A stretch of DNA of 63,124 bases, counting the filler, from Chiloscyllium plagiosum (taxonomy: Eukaryota), in NCBI RefSeq assembly GCF_004010195.1. It is 5 parts of one record of this genome, joined end to end, with 100 filler letters (N's around TTAATTAATTAA, not from the genome) between each part and the next. Parts side by side here need not be neighbours in the genome. Positions count along the whole stretch, not along the records: positions 14,345 to 38,003 come from NC_057716.1; 4 more parts are not named here. One strand, written 5' to 3'. Under the pieces are notes generated by a model that saw only the letters and a list, made by a program, of their open reading frames with translations, had not been told where the DNA came from and ran no database searches. The position numbers and the translations under genes were made by a program. Below are positions 23,072 to 34,499 of this stretch, piece by piece. Position 1 is the stretch's first letter, and the number at the start of each line of letters is the position of its first letter.

Positions 23072-23172
23072 TTATATTGTGTAAGTCCAGAAGCCTTTCT
23101 GATAGAAGTTTCCATCATTTTCATCTCATCAAGATAGAACTTTATCTTTTTAAACTTTGGGAAAAATCCCCT
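23072..23172 (-). pseudogene. E1: Papillomavirus-like E1 C-terminus overlapping the E2 start
   Basis: RGFFPKFKK..LDE/DENDGNFYQKGFWTYTI*; DNA GAAAATGATGGAAACT mirrors the E1(ENDG)/E2(MET) overlap of HPV16 (GAAAACGATGGAGACT); truncated by CR1 at 23173. Confidence 0.55.
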
Positions 23173-23750
23173 ACAGATCTCGGGGTACAGGTTCATCGCT
23201 CCTTGAAAGCGGGGAGTCGGATAGACGGGGCGGTGAAGAAGGCTTGCAGCCTGTTAGCTTCCATCGGTCAGACCACTGAGTATCGGAGTTGGGACATCTT
23301 GTTGCAGCTGTACAGGACATTGGTGAGGCCACATTTAGAGTACTGCGTGCAGTTCTGGTCACCCTACTATAGAAAGGATATGATTAAACTAGAGAGAGTG
23401 CAGAAAAGATTTACTATGATGCTACCTGGACTGAAATGTTTGAGTTATAAGGAGGAGCTGAATGGCTGGGGCTATTTCCCTGGAGCACGGGAGACTGAGG
23501 GGTGACCTTATAGAGGTCTATAAAATCATTAAAGGCATAGAAAGGGTAGATAGTAGATAGTTTTCCCCAGAGTAGAGGTGTCTAAAACTAAAGGCCATAG
23601 GTTGAAGGTGAGAGGGGAGAGATACAGAAGGGTCTAGAGGGGTGATTGTTTCACACAGAGGGTGGTCAGTGTATGGAGTGGGCTGGGTAGTGGGGGAACT
23701 GAGTATAATTTCATCATTTAACATACATTCAGACAGGTACATGGATGGGA
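23173..23750 (+). mobile_element. CR1 LINE 3' part
   Basis: DLGVQVHRSLK...RPHLEYCVQFWSPYYRKD. Confidence 0.92.
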
Positions 23751-23752
23751 TT

Positions 23753-24253
23753 GGATGTGGATTATTGGGATACAGGGAGAGTGGGAGATAGAGATAGAGG
23801 GATATAGGGATAGAGGGATATATGGATAGGTGGATGTGGATTATTGGGATACAGGGAGAGTGGGTTATAGGGATAGAGGGATATAGGGATAGAGGGATAT
23901 ATGGATAGGTGGATGTGGATTATTGGGATACAGGGAGAGTGGGTTATAGGGATAGAGGGATATAGGGATAGAGGGATATATGGATAGGTGGATGTGGATT
24001 ATTGGGATAGAGGGAGAGTGGGATATAGGGATAGAGGGATATAGGGATATATGGATGGAGGTCATTGGGACACAGGGAGAGTGGGATATAGGGATATATG
24101 GATAGATGGATGTGGATTATTGGGATACAGGGAGAGTGGGAGATAGAGATAGAGGGATATAGGGATAGAGGGATATATGGATAGGTGGATGTGGATTATT
24201 GGGATACAGGGAGAGTGGGTTATAGGGATAGAGGGATATAGGGATAGAGGGAT
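23753..24253 (+). repeat. 79-bp purine-rich minisatellite (~6 copies)
   Basis: ggatgtggattattgggata recurs at 23753, 23832, 23911, 23990. Confidence 0.9.
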
Positions 24254-24254
24254 A

Positions 24255-25300
24255 AGACATAAGAGCAGAAGTTGGTAAATCAGCCCACTGAATCTACACT
24301 ATGATTCACTGAGGTCATGGCTGATCTGATCCCCCTCACGTCCACTTTCCTGCCTTTTCCCCCTAACCCACCATTTCCTTCCTGATTAAATATCCGTCTC
24401 TCTCAGCCTTGAATATCCTGAATGACCCAGTCTCGACAGCCCTCTGTGGGAAAGAATTCCACAGATGCACTCCCCTGTGAGAGAGGAAATCCCTCCTCAT
24501 CTCTGTCTTCAATGGGTGACCCCTTACTCTGAGATGATGCCCCTCTGGTCCTAGACTCTCCTGCAATGAGGATACAATCCTTCGCTATCTACCCCATCGA
24601 GTCCCACAAGAATCTTCTGTATTTCAATAAGGTCGCCTCTATTTCTTCTAACCTCCATTGAGTACAGGCCCAACCTACTCACCCTCTCCTCATGAGACAG
24701 TCCCTCCATCCCCGGGATCAGCCGAGTGAACCTTCTCTGGGCTGCCCCCAATGGCAGTCTGTCTTTCCTTAGAAAAGGGAGCCCCAAAACTCTTCACAGT
24801 ATTCCAGCTGGGGTCTCACTATGGCCTTGTATAGTTTTAGCAAAACCTCCCGATTTTTAGACTCCATTCCCTTTGGAATAAAGGCTAATATTCTGTTTGC
24901 CTTCCTCATTACCTGCTGAACTGGGATATTAGCTTTCTGTGATCCATGGATAAGGATTCCCAAATTCCCTGAGTGCTGTAGCTTTCTGCAGTCTGTCTCT
25001 TTTTAAATAATATTCAGCTCCTCTCTTCTTCCTGTCAAATTGCACAATCTCACGTTTTCCCACAGTAAATTCCAGCTGCCAGAGTTTTTGCCGACTCACT
25101 TACCCTGTCTATATCCTTCAGCAAACTCACTGTGTCAACCTCACCACTTGCCGCCCCAAGTTTTTGTGTCATCTACATTACATTCACTTTCCACACCAAG
25201 TCATTAATATACATTGTAAAGAATTATGGTCCCAGAACTGATCCCTGCAGCACTCCACTAGTTACAGGTTACCATCCTGAAAATGCCCCCTTTTATCCCG
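24255..25300 (-). mobile_element. CR1 LINE 3' part
   Basis: ORFs 24363-24963 (RPQLEYC, RGDLIE). Confidence 0.9.
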
Positions 25301-25974
25301 CCTCCTTGCCCTTGCACCTATTTTGTATCATCTGGGTCTCTGCCATCTCTGGGGTTGTGTGAGGAGATGAGCGGAAGGTGAGTGATGTTCCTGTGGGCAG
25401 AGTGAAAAGGGTTTGGTGCCAGTGCAGGGAGATGGGGCAGAACCTCTAGCTGGCCGGTGTTTTACCCACGCCTGAATATGTGACGAGTTAACACACCCTG
25501 ACCCTGAGCAGACAGAACTCTCACTCTCACACTTCATCTGAAAATACCAGAGAGGGAACTGAGTCCGAGAGAGGGCAGTCAGAACAAAGCAGCCAACCAC
25601 TCAACCCCATTGACGGAGCACCCTCCCTGGTCCATTAAATACAACGTTTCGGGATAAAGACAGTCAAGAGGCTGGTAAAATTGTAGACTCTATGAAATGT
25701 TTTTGAATGTTAAACCCCGGGGTGATGTTTGAATATGAATGGTTACGAAGGTCTTAGTTCAGGTTCGCAGTGCAGGGTCTGGAGGCGGCTTTTAAAGGAA
25801 GCTGCAGTGGCCAGACTCTGTCGAGTTGTGATCCTGAGGAGGGACAGGTAAAGAGAGGCCGCGATGTGGTCACCATGTCATTCACAATTCCCAGCATTTT
25901 CCAGATTTTGGAGGTGAATTTGTCCATTGCCCTGATGTTGCTTGAGCACTGAATCAGTTCATTGCATTAATAGT

Positions 25975-26404
25975 GGGGAATTGGGATACAGGGAAAGTCA
26001 GATACAGGGATAGAGGACATTCAGATACAGGGATAGTCAGATATAGGGATAGAGGGGTTTTCGGTATAGGGATAGTGGGATATAAGGATAGAGGTATAGA
26101 AGAGTATTGGGAACCAGGGATAGAGGGATGTAGAGGGTACTGGGACATTTGGATAGTGGGATACAGGGACATAGAGGATATTGAGAAAACCGGGATAGTG
26201 AGGTACAGGGATACAGAGGACATTAGGAATACCAGGATAGTGAGATGCAAGGATACAGACGATGTTGAGAATACCTGGATAGTGAGATAGAGGGATACAG
26301 AGGAAATTGGGAATACCGGGATAGTGGGATACAGAAATACAGAGGATATTGGAAACATTAGGATAGTGAGATACAGGGATACAGCGGATATTGGGAATAC
26401 CGGG
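25975..26404 (+). repeat. ~42-bp degenerate minisatellite
   Basis: gggatagtgagatacagggatacagaggatattgggaatac units. Confidence 0.85.
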
Positions 26405-26602
26405 ATGGAGACCCTACGACATCAAGCTGGGAATTCACAAGGACCGGGATTTGCTGTTTCTGCTGATGCGGAGTTTGCGCGGCCCCGGGAGCCGCTGCAT
26501 CAGGACCACAGGCGCGCTCCCGGTACACTCGGGGACGCGCCCAAACGGACCGTGCGCGGCAACGGGAGCGGCGGATTCTCGGGAAAAAAATCAAGGAAAA
26601 AG
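26405..26602 (+). CDS. Candidate first coding exon in a small CpG island (product unknown)
   Basis: >20 CpG in 200 bp in a CpG-poor window; gggATGG start, open 66 codons (METLRHQAG...GKKSRKK), AG|GTAAAA donor in phase 0. Confidence 0.35.
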
Positions 26603-26624
26603 GTAAAATCCAACCAAATCCCGG

Positions 26625-29095
26625 GATAGAGAGAGAGAGAGAATTCCCAGAATGGGGGAATGGGGGAGGGAAATGATGGGATAGGGAGAGTGAGAATTCC
26701 CAGGATAGAGAGAGGGAGAGAGGAGGAGGAGGAAATGATGGGATAGGGAGAGTGAGAATTCCCAGGATAGAGAGAGGGAGAGAGGAGGAGGAGGAAATGA
26801 TGGGATAGGGAGAGTGAGAATTCCCAGGATAGAGAGAGGGAGAGAGGAGGAGGAAGAAAATGATGGGATAGGGAGAGTGAGAATTCCCAGGATAGAGAGA
26901 GGGAGAGAGAGAGAGGAGGAAATGATGGGATAGAGTGAGAATTCCCAGGATAGAGAGAGGGAGAGAGGAGGAGGAGGAAATGATGGGATAGAGTGAGAAT
27001 TCCCAGGTATAGAGAGAGGAAGAGAGAAGGAGGAGGAAATAATGGGATAGAGTGAGAATTCCCAGGATAGAGAGAGGGAGAGAGGAGGAGGAGGAAATAA
27101 TGGGATAGAGTGAGAATTTCCAGGATAGAGAGGAGTAAGGTAATGATGAGATAGGAGAGTGAGANNNNNNNNNNNNNNNNNNNNNNNNNNNNNNNNNNNN
27201 NNNNNNNNNNNNNNNNNNNNNNNNNNNNNNNNNNNNNNNNNNNNNNNNNNNNNNNNNNNNNNNNNNNNNNNNNNNNNNNNNNNNNNNNNNNNNNNNNNNN
27301 NNNNNNNNNNNNNNNNNNNNNNNNNNNNNNNNNNNNNNNNNNNNNNNNNNNNNNNNNNAGAGAGAGAGAGAGAGAGAGAAATTATCATAACGATAGAGAG
27401 AGACAAATCATATGGTAGGTAGAGAAAAAAATCCCAAGATAGAGAAAGAGAGAAATCATTAGGATAGAGAGAGAGAGAGAAATCCTAGGAGAGAGGGAAA
27501 TGGAAATCAAAGGGATAGAAAATCCTGGGGTAGAGAGAGAAGAAACATGGAATAAAGAGAGAGAGAAATCCCATGATTGAGAAATCCTGGCTTAAAGAGA
27601 GAGAAATTTGAGGACAGAGAAAAAGAGAAGTCATTGGGATTTAGAGAGAGAGAGAGAGAGAGAGAGAGTAAAATTCCAGGATCGAGGGAGAAAAGAACTT
27701 GGGATTGAGAGAGAAGTCACAGGTTAGAGAGAGGGAGAGAAATCATGAGAATAGATAGGGAGTGAGAGTAAGAATTTTAGGAAAGGAAGAGAGAGAAATC
27801 ATGGCATAAAGAGAAAGAGAAATCCTGTGATAAAGATAGGGAGAAATCATCAAGAAAGAGACAGAGAAATCCCGGGATCGAGACAGAGAGAGAAGTCCAC
27901 AGTATAGAGACAGAAAAATCATAAGATAGAGACAGAGGAAAATCCTGGGATAGAGAGAGAAATCATCAGGATGGAGAGAGAGAGAGGAAAAACGTAAGAC
28001 GGAGAGAGAAAACTTGGGAAAGAGAGGGAAAGAGAAATCACAGAACAGAAAGTGAGAGAAATCATAAGGATACAGAAATAGAAATCCTGGGATGGAGAGA
28101 GAGAGAAAAAATTCAAGATAGAGACACAGGGAAATCCTGAGATAGGGAGAGACAGAGCGAGAGAGGAACATCATGAGAATAGAGAGAGAGAGAGAACTGG
28201 GAGAACTGTGGATGTGGTAAATCAGAAACAGAAACTGAAGTTGCTGGAAAAGCTCAGCACGTCTGGCAGCATCTGAAGAGAAATCAGAGTTAATGTTTCA
28301 GGTCCAGTTCTGAGGACCCAAAACATTAACTCTGATTTCTCTGCACAGATGTTGCCAGACCTGCTGAGCTTTGCCAGCAACTTCAGATTTTCTTTGTGAG
28401 AGATAGACAGAAATCCAGGGTGAGAGAAAAAATGAGATAGAGAAATCCTGAGATTGAGAGAAAGCGAGTAACCAGGATAGACAGAGAAAGAAATCCTGGG
28501 GTACAGCGATAGGGAAACTATTAGCACAGAGAGAGAGAAATTGTGGGATAAAAAGGGAGAGAGAAATCATCAGGCGAGAGGCAGAGAGAGAAAACACATG
28601 ATAGAGAAAGACAGAGAAAGATCACAGGATAGAGAGAGAGAAATCTCGGAATAGACAGAGTGATAAATCCCAGGACAGAGATAGAAAGAAATCACCCGGA
28701 TACAGAGAGAGAGAGAAAAGTCGTGAGGTTGGAGAGAAAGAGGAATACTGGGAAAGACGGAAATGACAACCATCGGGATAGGGAGAGAGAGCAATATCAC
28801 AGGAAAAGAGAGAGAAATCCCGAGATAGAGAGATCAAAAAAATGTGATAGAGAGAGAAATAAGTCCTGGGTTGGGCAGTGAAACTCTGTATAAAGAGGGA
28901 GAAAAGTCTTGAGAGAGAGAAAAAATTCATATGCCTGAGACAGAGAAATCCCAGATAGAGAGAGAAATCATTGAATTAAGGGAGTGTGGAATCCAGGGAT
29001 ATATGTATAAATGTATATATATTAAAGAGACAGACAGAAAGAGAGAGAAAAATTCTGGGAAAAAAAACAAAATCATTGGATAGAGAGTCAACGAG
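26625..29095 (+). repeat. GA-rich satellite: ~58-62-bp units (26625-27163) decaying into a gaaatc(ctgg)gatagagaga array
   Basis: gagaattcccaggatag at 26692, 26754, 26816, 26879... Confidence 0.88.
28220..28395. mobile_element. Palindromic (head-to-head) Penelope-like terminal insertion
   Basis: gttgctggaaaagctcagcacgtctggcagcatctg...cagatgttgccagacctgctgagctttgccagcaac inverted pair around tctgaggaccc. Confidence 0.7.
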
Positions 29096-29107
29096 AGTGA
29101 ACTCACC

Positions 29108-31145
29108 CAGAGCTGGGCTGAGGAGTGGCAGATGGAGTTCAGCCCTGCCAAGTGTGAGGTTGTCCATTTTGGAAAGACAAATAAGAATGCAGAATACAGG
29201 GTTAACGGTAGGGTTCTTAGTGAGGTGGAGGAACAGAGGGATCTTGGGGTCTATGTTCATAGATCTTTGAAAGTTGCCACTCAGGTGGATAGAGATTGTA
29301 AGAAGGCCTATGGTGTATTAGCATTCATTAGCAGAGGGATTGAATTCAAGAATCGTGAAGTGATGTTGCANNNNNNNNNNNNNNNNNNNNNNNNNNNNNN
29401 NNNNNNNNNNNNNNNNNNNNNNNNNNNNNNNNNNNNNNNNNNNNNNNNNNNNNNNNNNNNNNNNNNNNNNNNNNNNNNNNNNNNNNNNNNNNNNNNNNNN
29501 NNNNNNNNNNNNNNNNNNNNNNNNNNNNNNNNNNNNNNNNNNNNNNNNNNNNNNNNNNNNNNNNNNNNNNNNNNNNNNNNNNNNNNNNNNNNNNNNNNNN
29601 NNNNNNNNNNNNNNNNNNNNNNNNNNNNNNNNNNNNNNNNNNNNNNNNNNNNNNNNNNNNNNNNNNNNNNNNNNNNNNNNNNNNNNNNNNNNNNNNNNNN
29701 NNNNNNNNNNNNNNNNNNNNNNNNNNNNNNNNNNNNNNNNNNNNNNNNNNNNNNNNNNNNNNNNNNNNNNNNNNNNNNNNNNNNNNNNNNNNNNNNNNNN
29801 NNNNNNNNNNNNNNNNNNNNNNNNNNNNNNNNNNNNNNNNNNNNNNNNNNNNNNNNNNNNNNNNNNNNNNNNNNNNNNNNNNNNNNNNNNNNNNNNNNNN
29901 NNNNNNNNNNNNNNNNNNNNNNNNNNNNNNNNNNNNNNNNNNNNNNNNNNNNNNNNNNNNNNNNNNNNNNNNNNNNNNNNNNNNNNNNNNNNNNNNNNNN
30001 NNNNNNNNNNNNNNNNNNNNNNNNNNNNNNNNNNNNNNTGAAGGAACGGCGATATATTTCCAAGTCAGGATGGTGAGGGGCTTGGAGGGGAACTTGCAGG
30101 GGGTGGTGTTCCCATGTACCTGCTGCCCTTGTCCTTCTCGATGGAAGTGGTTGTGGGTTTGGAAGGTGCTGCCTGAGGGTCTTTGGTGAGTTTCTGCAGT
30201 GCATCTTGTAGCTGGTACACACTGCTGCTACTGAGTGTGGGTGGGGGAGGGAGTGGGTGTGGTGCCAATCAAGCGGCTGCTTTGTCCTGGATGGTGTTGA
30301 GTTTCTTGAGTGTTGTTGGAGCTGTACCCATTCAGGCAAGTGGGGAGTATTCCATCACCCGCCTGACTTCTCCTAAGCTTTCATGGGGTGTCAGTATACT
30401 GTAACCGGAAGAGCCTTGGGAAAAGTTGATGAGTAGAGAGATCTGGGAGTGCAGGTCTATTGTACTCTGAAGGTTGCTGCACAGATGGATGGAGTGGTCA
30501 AGATGGCATATAGTATGCTTGCCTTCATTGGACGGGGTATTGAGTATAAGAGCTGGCAGGTCATGTTAAAATTGTACTAGACATTGGTTCAGCCGCATTT
30601 AGAATACTGTGTACAGTTCTGGTCGCCACTTTACCAAAAGGATGTGGACACTTTGGCGAGAGTGCAGAGAAGGTTTACGAGGATATTGCCTGGTATGGAA
30701 GGTGCTAGCTATGAAGAGAGGTTGAGTAGGTTAGGTTTGTTTTCATTAGAAAAAAAAGTGATTGAGGGGGGACCTGACTGAGGTCTATAAAATCATAAAG
30801 GGTATAGACAGGGTGGATAGAGACAAGCTTTTTCCTAGGGTGAGGGATTCAATAACGAGAAGTCACACGTTCAAGGTGAGAGGTGGAAAGTTTAAGGGGG
30901 ATATATGCGGCAAGTACTTCACACACAGAGGGTGGTGGGCATTTGAACGCGTTGCCAGCAGAGGTGGTAGAGGCAGGCAGGGTAGACTCATTTGAGTCTG
31001 GACAGATGCATGAGTGGGGGGGGAGCAGAGGGATACAGATGCTTAGGAACTGGGCAATAGGTTTAGACAGTGGATTTGGATCGGCTCAGGCTTGGAGGGC
31101 CGAAGGGCCTGTCTCTGGGCTGTAAATTTTCTTTGTTCTTTGTTC
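29108..31145. mobile_element. LINE fragments: CR1 (+, 29108-29370), second CR1-clade family (-, 30040-30368), CR1 (+, 30436-31145)
   Basis: WQMEFSPAKCEVVHFG; MEYSPLA-type C-terminus shared with 55555-55720; QPHLEYCVQFW. Confidence 0.85.
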
Positions 31146-31260
31146 TGTCACTGACTGAGCCAGCATTTATTGCCTGTGATGAATTTCAGAAGTGCATATA
31201 GTGGACGTAGACACTGCTGTGACTAAAGGTGTCTTTATGATTGTTCTGAAGAATCAAAAC

Positions 31261-31296
31261 ATTCCTGAAGAAGGGCTTATGCCCGAAACGTCGATT
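31261..31296 (+). ncRNA. Minimal type-I hammerhead in a 144-bp PLE insertion (31248-31391)
   Basis: attc-CTGAAGA-a-gggc(ttat)gccc-GAAA-c-GTC-gatt; 15-bp TSD ctttatgattgttct at 31233-31247 and 31392-31406. Confidence 0.82.
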
Positions 31297-32059
31297 CTCC
31301 TGTTCCCTGGATGCTGCCTGACCTGCTGCGCTTTTCCAGCAACACATTTTCAGCTCTGATCTCCAGCATCTGCAGACCTCACTTTCTCCTCCTTTATGAT
31401 TGTTCTATCAACTCAAAGAGATCTTCATCAGGCTTTTCAGTAAAACTAATGATAACATTTTAAAATTATTTTGTGGAATGTAGGCATTGTTGGGCCCAGT
31501 ATTTATTACCTGTCCCTAGTTGCCCCTTGAGAAGGTGGAGGTCAGCTTCCTCTTGTACCGCTGCTGTAGGTAGACCCACAATGTCTAATTACTAAAAACA
31601 AACTTATCTTTAAGCAATTGGTTAAACTAACTATTAATGAGATGACGGTGCAGAATTAAACTCTTTTCTTTTGAAGCCAAACACAGTTTCATGCACACAC
31701 ACGACAATATGGTACTGCAGCAGCATCATGGTTTTGGAGAAAAAAACACAAACAAGGAACAATGCTCCTTCTCACCAAGACTTTAACTGTGGAAGATAGA
31801 ATGAGTTCAGCTGTCACAGTTCCTTTGACTTCCTGGTGATGAAAGCGAAGTGTTATTTGTCACAGGGCCAAGGAGGACAGTCAGTTCAGGTGGAACCGCC
31901 AGTGAGATCATCTCGTTGGCTTGAGTCAACGTCCAGCTTTTAGGATTTATGGAGGGATCGGAGATACTGACTTATTCAAGTTTCCTAGGTTCGCAGAAAA
32001 ATACTTCTCCACGATATCTCTTCAGCCAGTTTTCTTTAGGGTTATCCCATATTCAGACA

Positions 32060-32141
32060 GAGTGTGTGTGTGTGAGAGAGAGACAGAGAGACAGAGAGAC
32101 AGAGAGAGTGAGAGAGAGCGAGAGAGAGAGAGAGAGACAGA

Positions 32142-32177
<36 letters not shown>

Positions 32178-32292
32178 CAGAAAGAGAGAGAGAGTGAGAG
32201 AGAGAGAGAGAGAGAGACAGAGAGAGAGTGAGAGAGAGAGACAGAGAGACAGAGAGACAGAAAGATTGAGAGAGAGAGAGTGAGAGAGAGAG
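32060..32292 (+). repeat. (GA)n/(GAGACA)n microsatellite
   Basis: Direct inspection. Confidence 0.95.
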
Positions 32293-33174
32293 CACTGTTG
32301 CCCACACCCCAGCTTTCTTCTGATTCCCACTTGTAATGAGAAATGGAATTTGCTATTTCCAGACTGGAGGTCCTTTTTAAACCAACCCAACGACCCAGAG
32401 GCTGTTGCTAGGCAATGAAAGGCAAAACTTCTAGTGTTTTACCAAGTCTGCTTGTCTATTAATCCATTTCTTAACTGTTGTTCAAAGCTTTACTCGGCAC
32501 TGATTTACAAAGTTGGTGACTTTCCCAAGAAACAGCAGATAATCTCCAGTTGTCTTTTGCATCTTGGTTTTTGAGCTCCACAAAGTCACATGAGAGTCAT
32601 TGTTAGCAGTCCAGGAATTGTCCAACCATTCCAGTGTGTCGAATGCTGGGATGGCAGGAGTGTCCAATGAAGAGAGATGAAGGAAGCTGGGCCTGTACTC
32701 TCCAGATTTTAGAAAATAAAGGGGGGATCTCATTGAGAATTAAAAAATGCTTATAGAACTTGACAGAGTGGGTGCTGAAAGTATATTCCTCTCGGTTGAG
32801 GGGCTGGGATGTAGAACCAGGGGAACATCGATTCACAATAGGGACAAGTCAATGAAGATAGAATAGTAGGTGGTGGAACTTTGAAAACTGCACCCTACAG
32901 GGGTCTGGATATTAAATTACTGAGTCAGTTCAAAATAGAAACTGGTAGATTTCTAGTTACTAATGACAACAGCAATATGGCGATAGCAAGCGAATATGTC
33001 AATGGTCAGTCATGATCTTATTAAATTCCTAATGAAGGGCTTTTTCCCGAAAGGTTGATTTTTCCTGTTTCTCAGATCCTGCCTGATCTGCTGTGCTTTT
33101 CCAGCACCACTCTAATCTTGACCATGATCTAATTAAATGACAGAGCAGGCTTGAGAGAATATTGTTTTTTTTTA

Positions 33175-33488
33175 GATTAGATTCCCTACAGTGTGGAAAC
33201 AGGCCCTTCGGCCCAACAAGTCCACACTGACCCTCCGAAGAGTAACCCACCCAGACCCATTTCCCTCTGACTAATACACCTAACACTATGGGGCAATTTA
33301 GCATGGCCAATTCACCTGACGTGCACATCTTTGGACTGTGGGAGGAAACGAGAGCACCCGGAGGAAACCCACGCAGACACGGGGAGAACGTGCAAACTCC
33401 ACACAGACAGTCGGCCGAGGCTGGAATGGAACCTGGGACCCTGGTGCTGTGAGGCAGCAGTGCTAACCACTGAGCCACCGTGCCACCC
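33175..33488 (-). mobile_element. HE1-type SINE within a decayed CR1 (~32640-33625)
   Basis: A/B boxes; tail ctgtttccacactgtagggaatctaatct. Confidence 0.92.
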
Positions 33489-33629
33489 AGATTTACTAAA
33501 TTTATTCCAGACATAAGGGGGTTTGTTATGTGAAGAGAGATTGAACAGTTTACGTTTCTACTGTCAGAAGTTTAGAAGAATGAGAGGGCATCTAATTGAG
33601 GTATAGATGATGCTAAAGGGGATTATAGA

Positions 33630-34037
33630 GTAATCGAGTCAAACAACACAGAAACAGACCCTTCAGCCCCACCCATCCATGCTGAGCAGGTTTCCTCACC
33701 TGAACAGGTCCCATTTGCCTGCATTTGGCTCATATCCTTCTCAGTTGTAACTATTCATATACCCATCCAAATGTCTTTTAAATGTTGTAATTGTACTCAC
33801 ATCCACCACTCCCTCTGGCAACACATTCCATACAAGCAACACTCTTTGCATGAAAACATTGCCTCTTGGGTCCCTTTTAAATCTTTCCCCTCTCACCCTA
33901 AACCTATGCCCTCTAGTTCTGGACTCCCCCACCCCAGGGAAAAGACCTTGTCTATTTACCCTATCCACGCCCCTCATGATTTTATAAATCTCTATAAGGT
34001 CACCCCGCAGTCTCTGACACTCCAGGGAAAACAGCCC
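33630..34037 (-). mobile_element. CR1 3' fragment
   Basis: RLRGDLIEIYKIMRG...RTRGHRF. Confidence 0.9.
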
Positions 34038-34079
34038 CCGTGTTAAAGTAGACGTGCAATGTAGGATAAAATCTAGAAC

Positions 34080-34256
34080 GAGGTGATGGAAAAACACAGC
34101 AGGTCAGGCAGTATCTGAGAAGCAGGAATCCTGATAAAGGTCTTTTGCCTGAAACGTTGACTCTGCTGCTCCTTGGATGCTGCCTGATCTGCTGCACTTT
34201 TCCAGCACCACACTCTCGACTCTGATCTCCAGCATCTGCAGTCCTCACTCTCTCCT
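34080..34256. mobile_element. Inverted Penelope-like termini with decayed hammerhead
   Basis: cagcaggtcaggcag...ctgcctgatctgctg inverted pair; CTGATAA...GAAACGTT. Confidence 0.7.
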
Positions 34257-34499
34257 AATCTAGGATGAGGCGTCATATTGTGAATCTGTAGAATTCATTA
34301 CCCCAGGGTGTAGTGGATGCTGGGACAGTGAGTAATGTTAAGGAGTGATAGACAGATTTAAAAATGTTTTCAAGGAATTGAGAGCGGCAGGAGAGTGGAG
34401 TTGATGCTGAGATGAGATTAGCCATGATCATATCAAGTGGTGGTTCAGAGGGGCTGAATGGCCTACTCCTGCTTCGAGTGCTTATGCTCGTCTGAGGAG

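Larger units (their letters stand above)
21220..23115 (-). pseudogene. E2: Papillomavirus-like E2 gene, degraded and split by a SINE and a CR1
   Basis: ATG at 23115 giving MET/LSERLLDL (one frameshift); RGESMVLYE*RERESEQLG at ~22844-22785; IVGWFGVKG..MASY..EGWGEQ*EGIV*I..DG..FREFAENW; PE/TE-rich hinge; DBD-like LNGEAPNTL / SRFWW / DSEQ; ~1.2 kb after removing insertions. Confidence 0.62.

Noticed and set aside
25300..25960. Continuation of papillomavirus E1 beyond the CR1 and minisatellite
   Set aside because: The minus-strand frames examined show no SF3 helicase motifs; the sequence looks like host DNA
31921..32390. RE/SL- and RD-rich ORFs (also 51982-52552, 11084-11557, 27743-28930)
   Set aside because: Translations of microsatellites and telomere-like repeats
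31218..32590. Possible LTR remnant (tgtgac...gtcaca); similar LTR-like DNA at ~39895-40810
   Set aside because: No TSD, partner LTR or internal domain, so too weak to call
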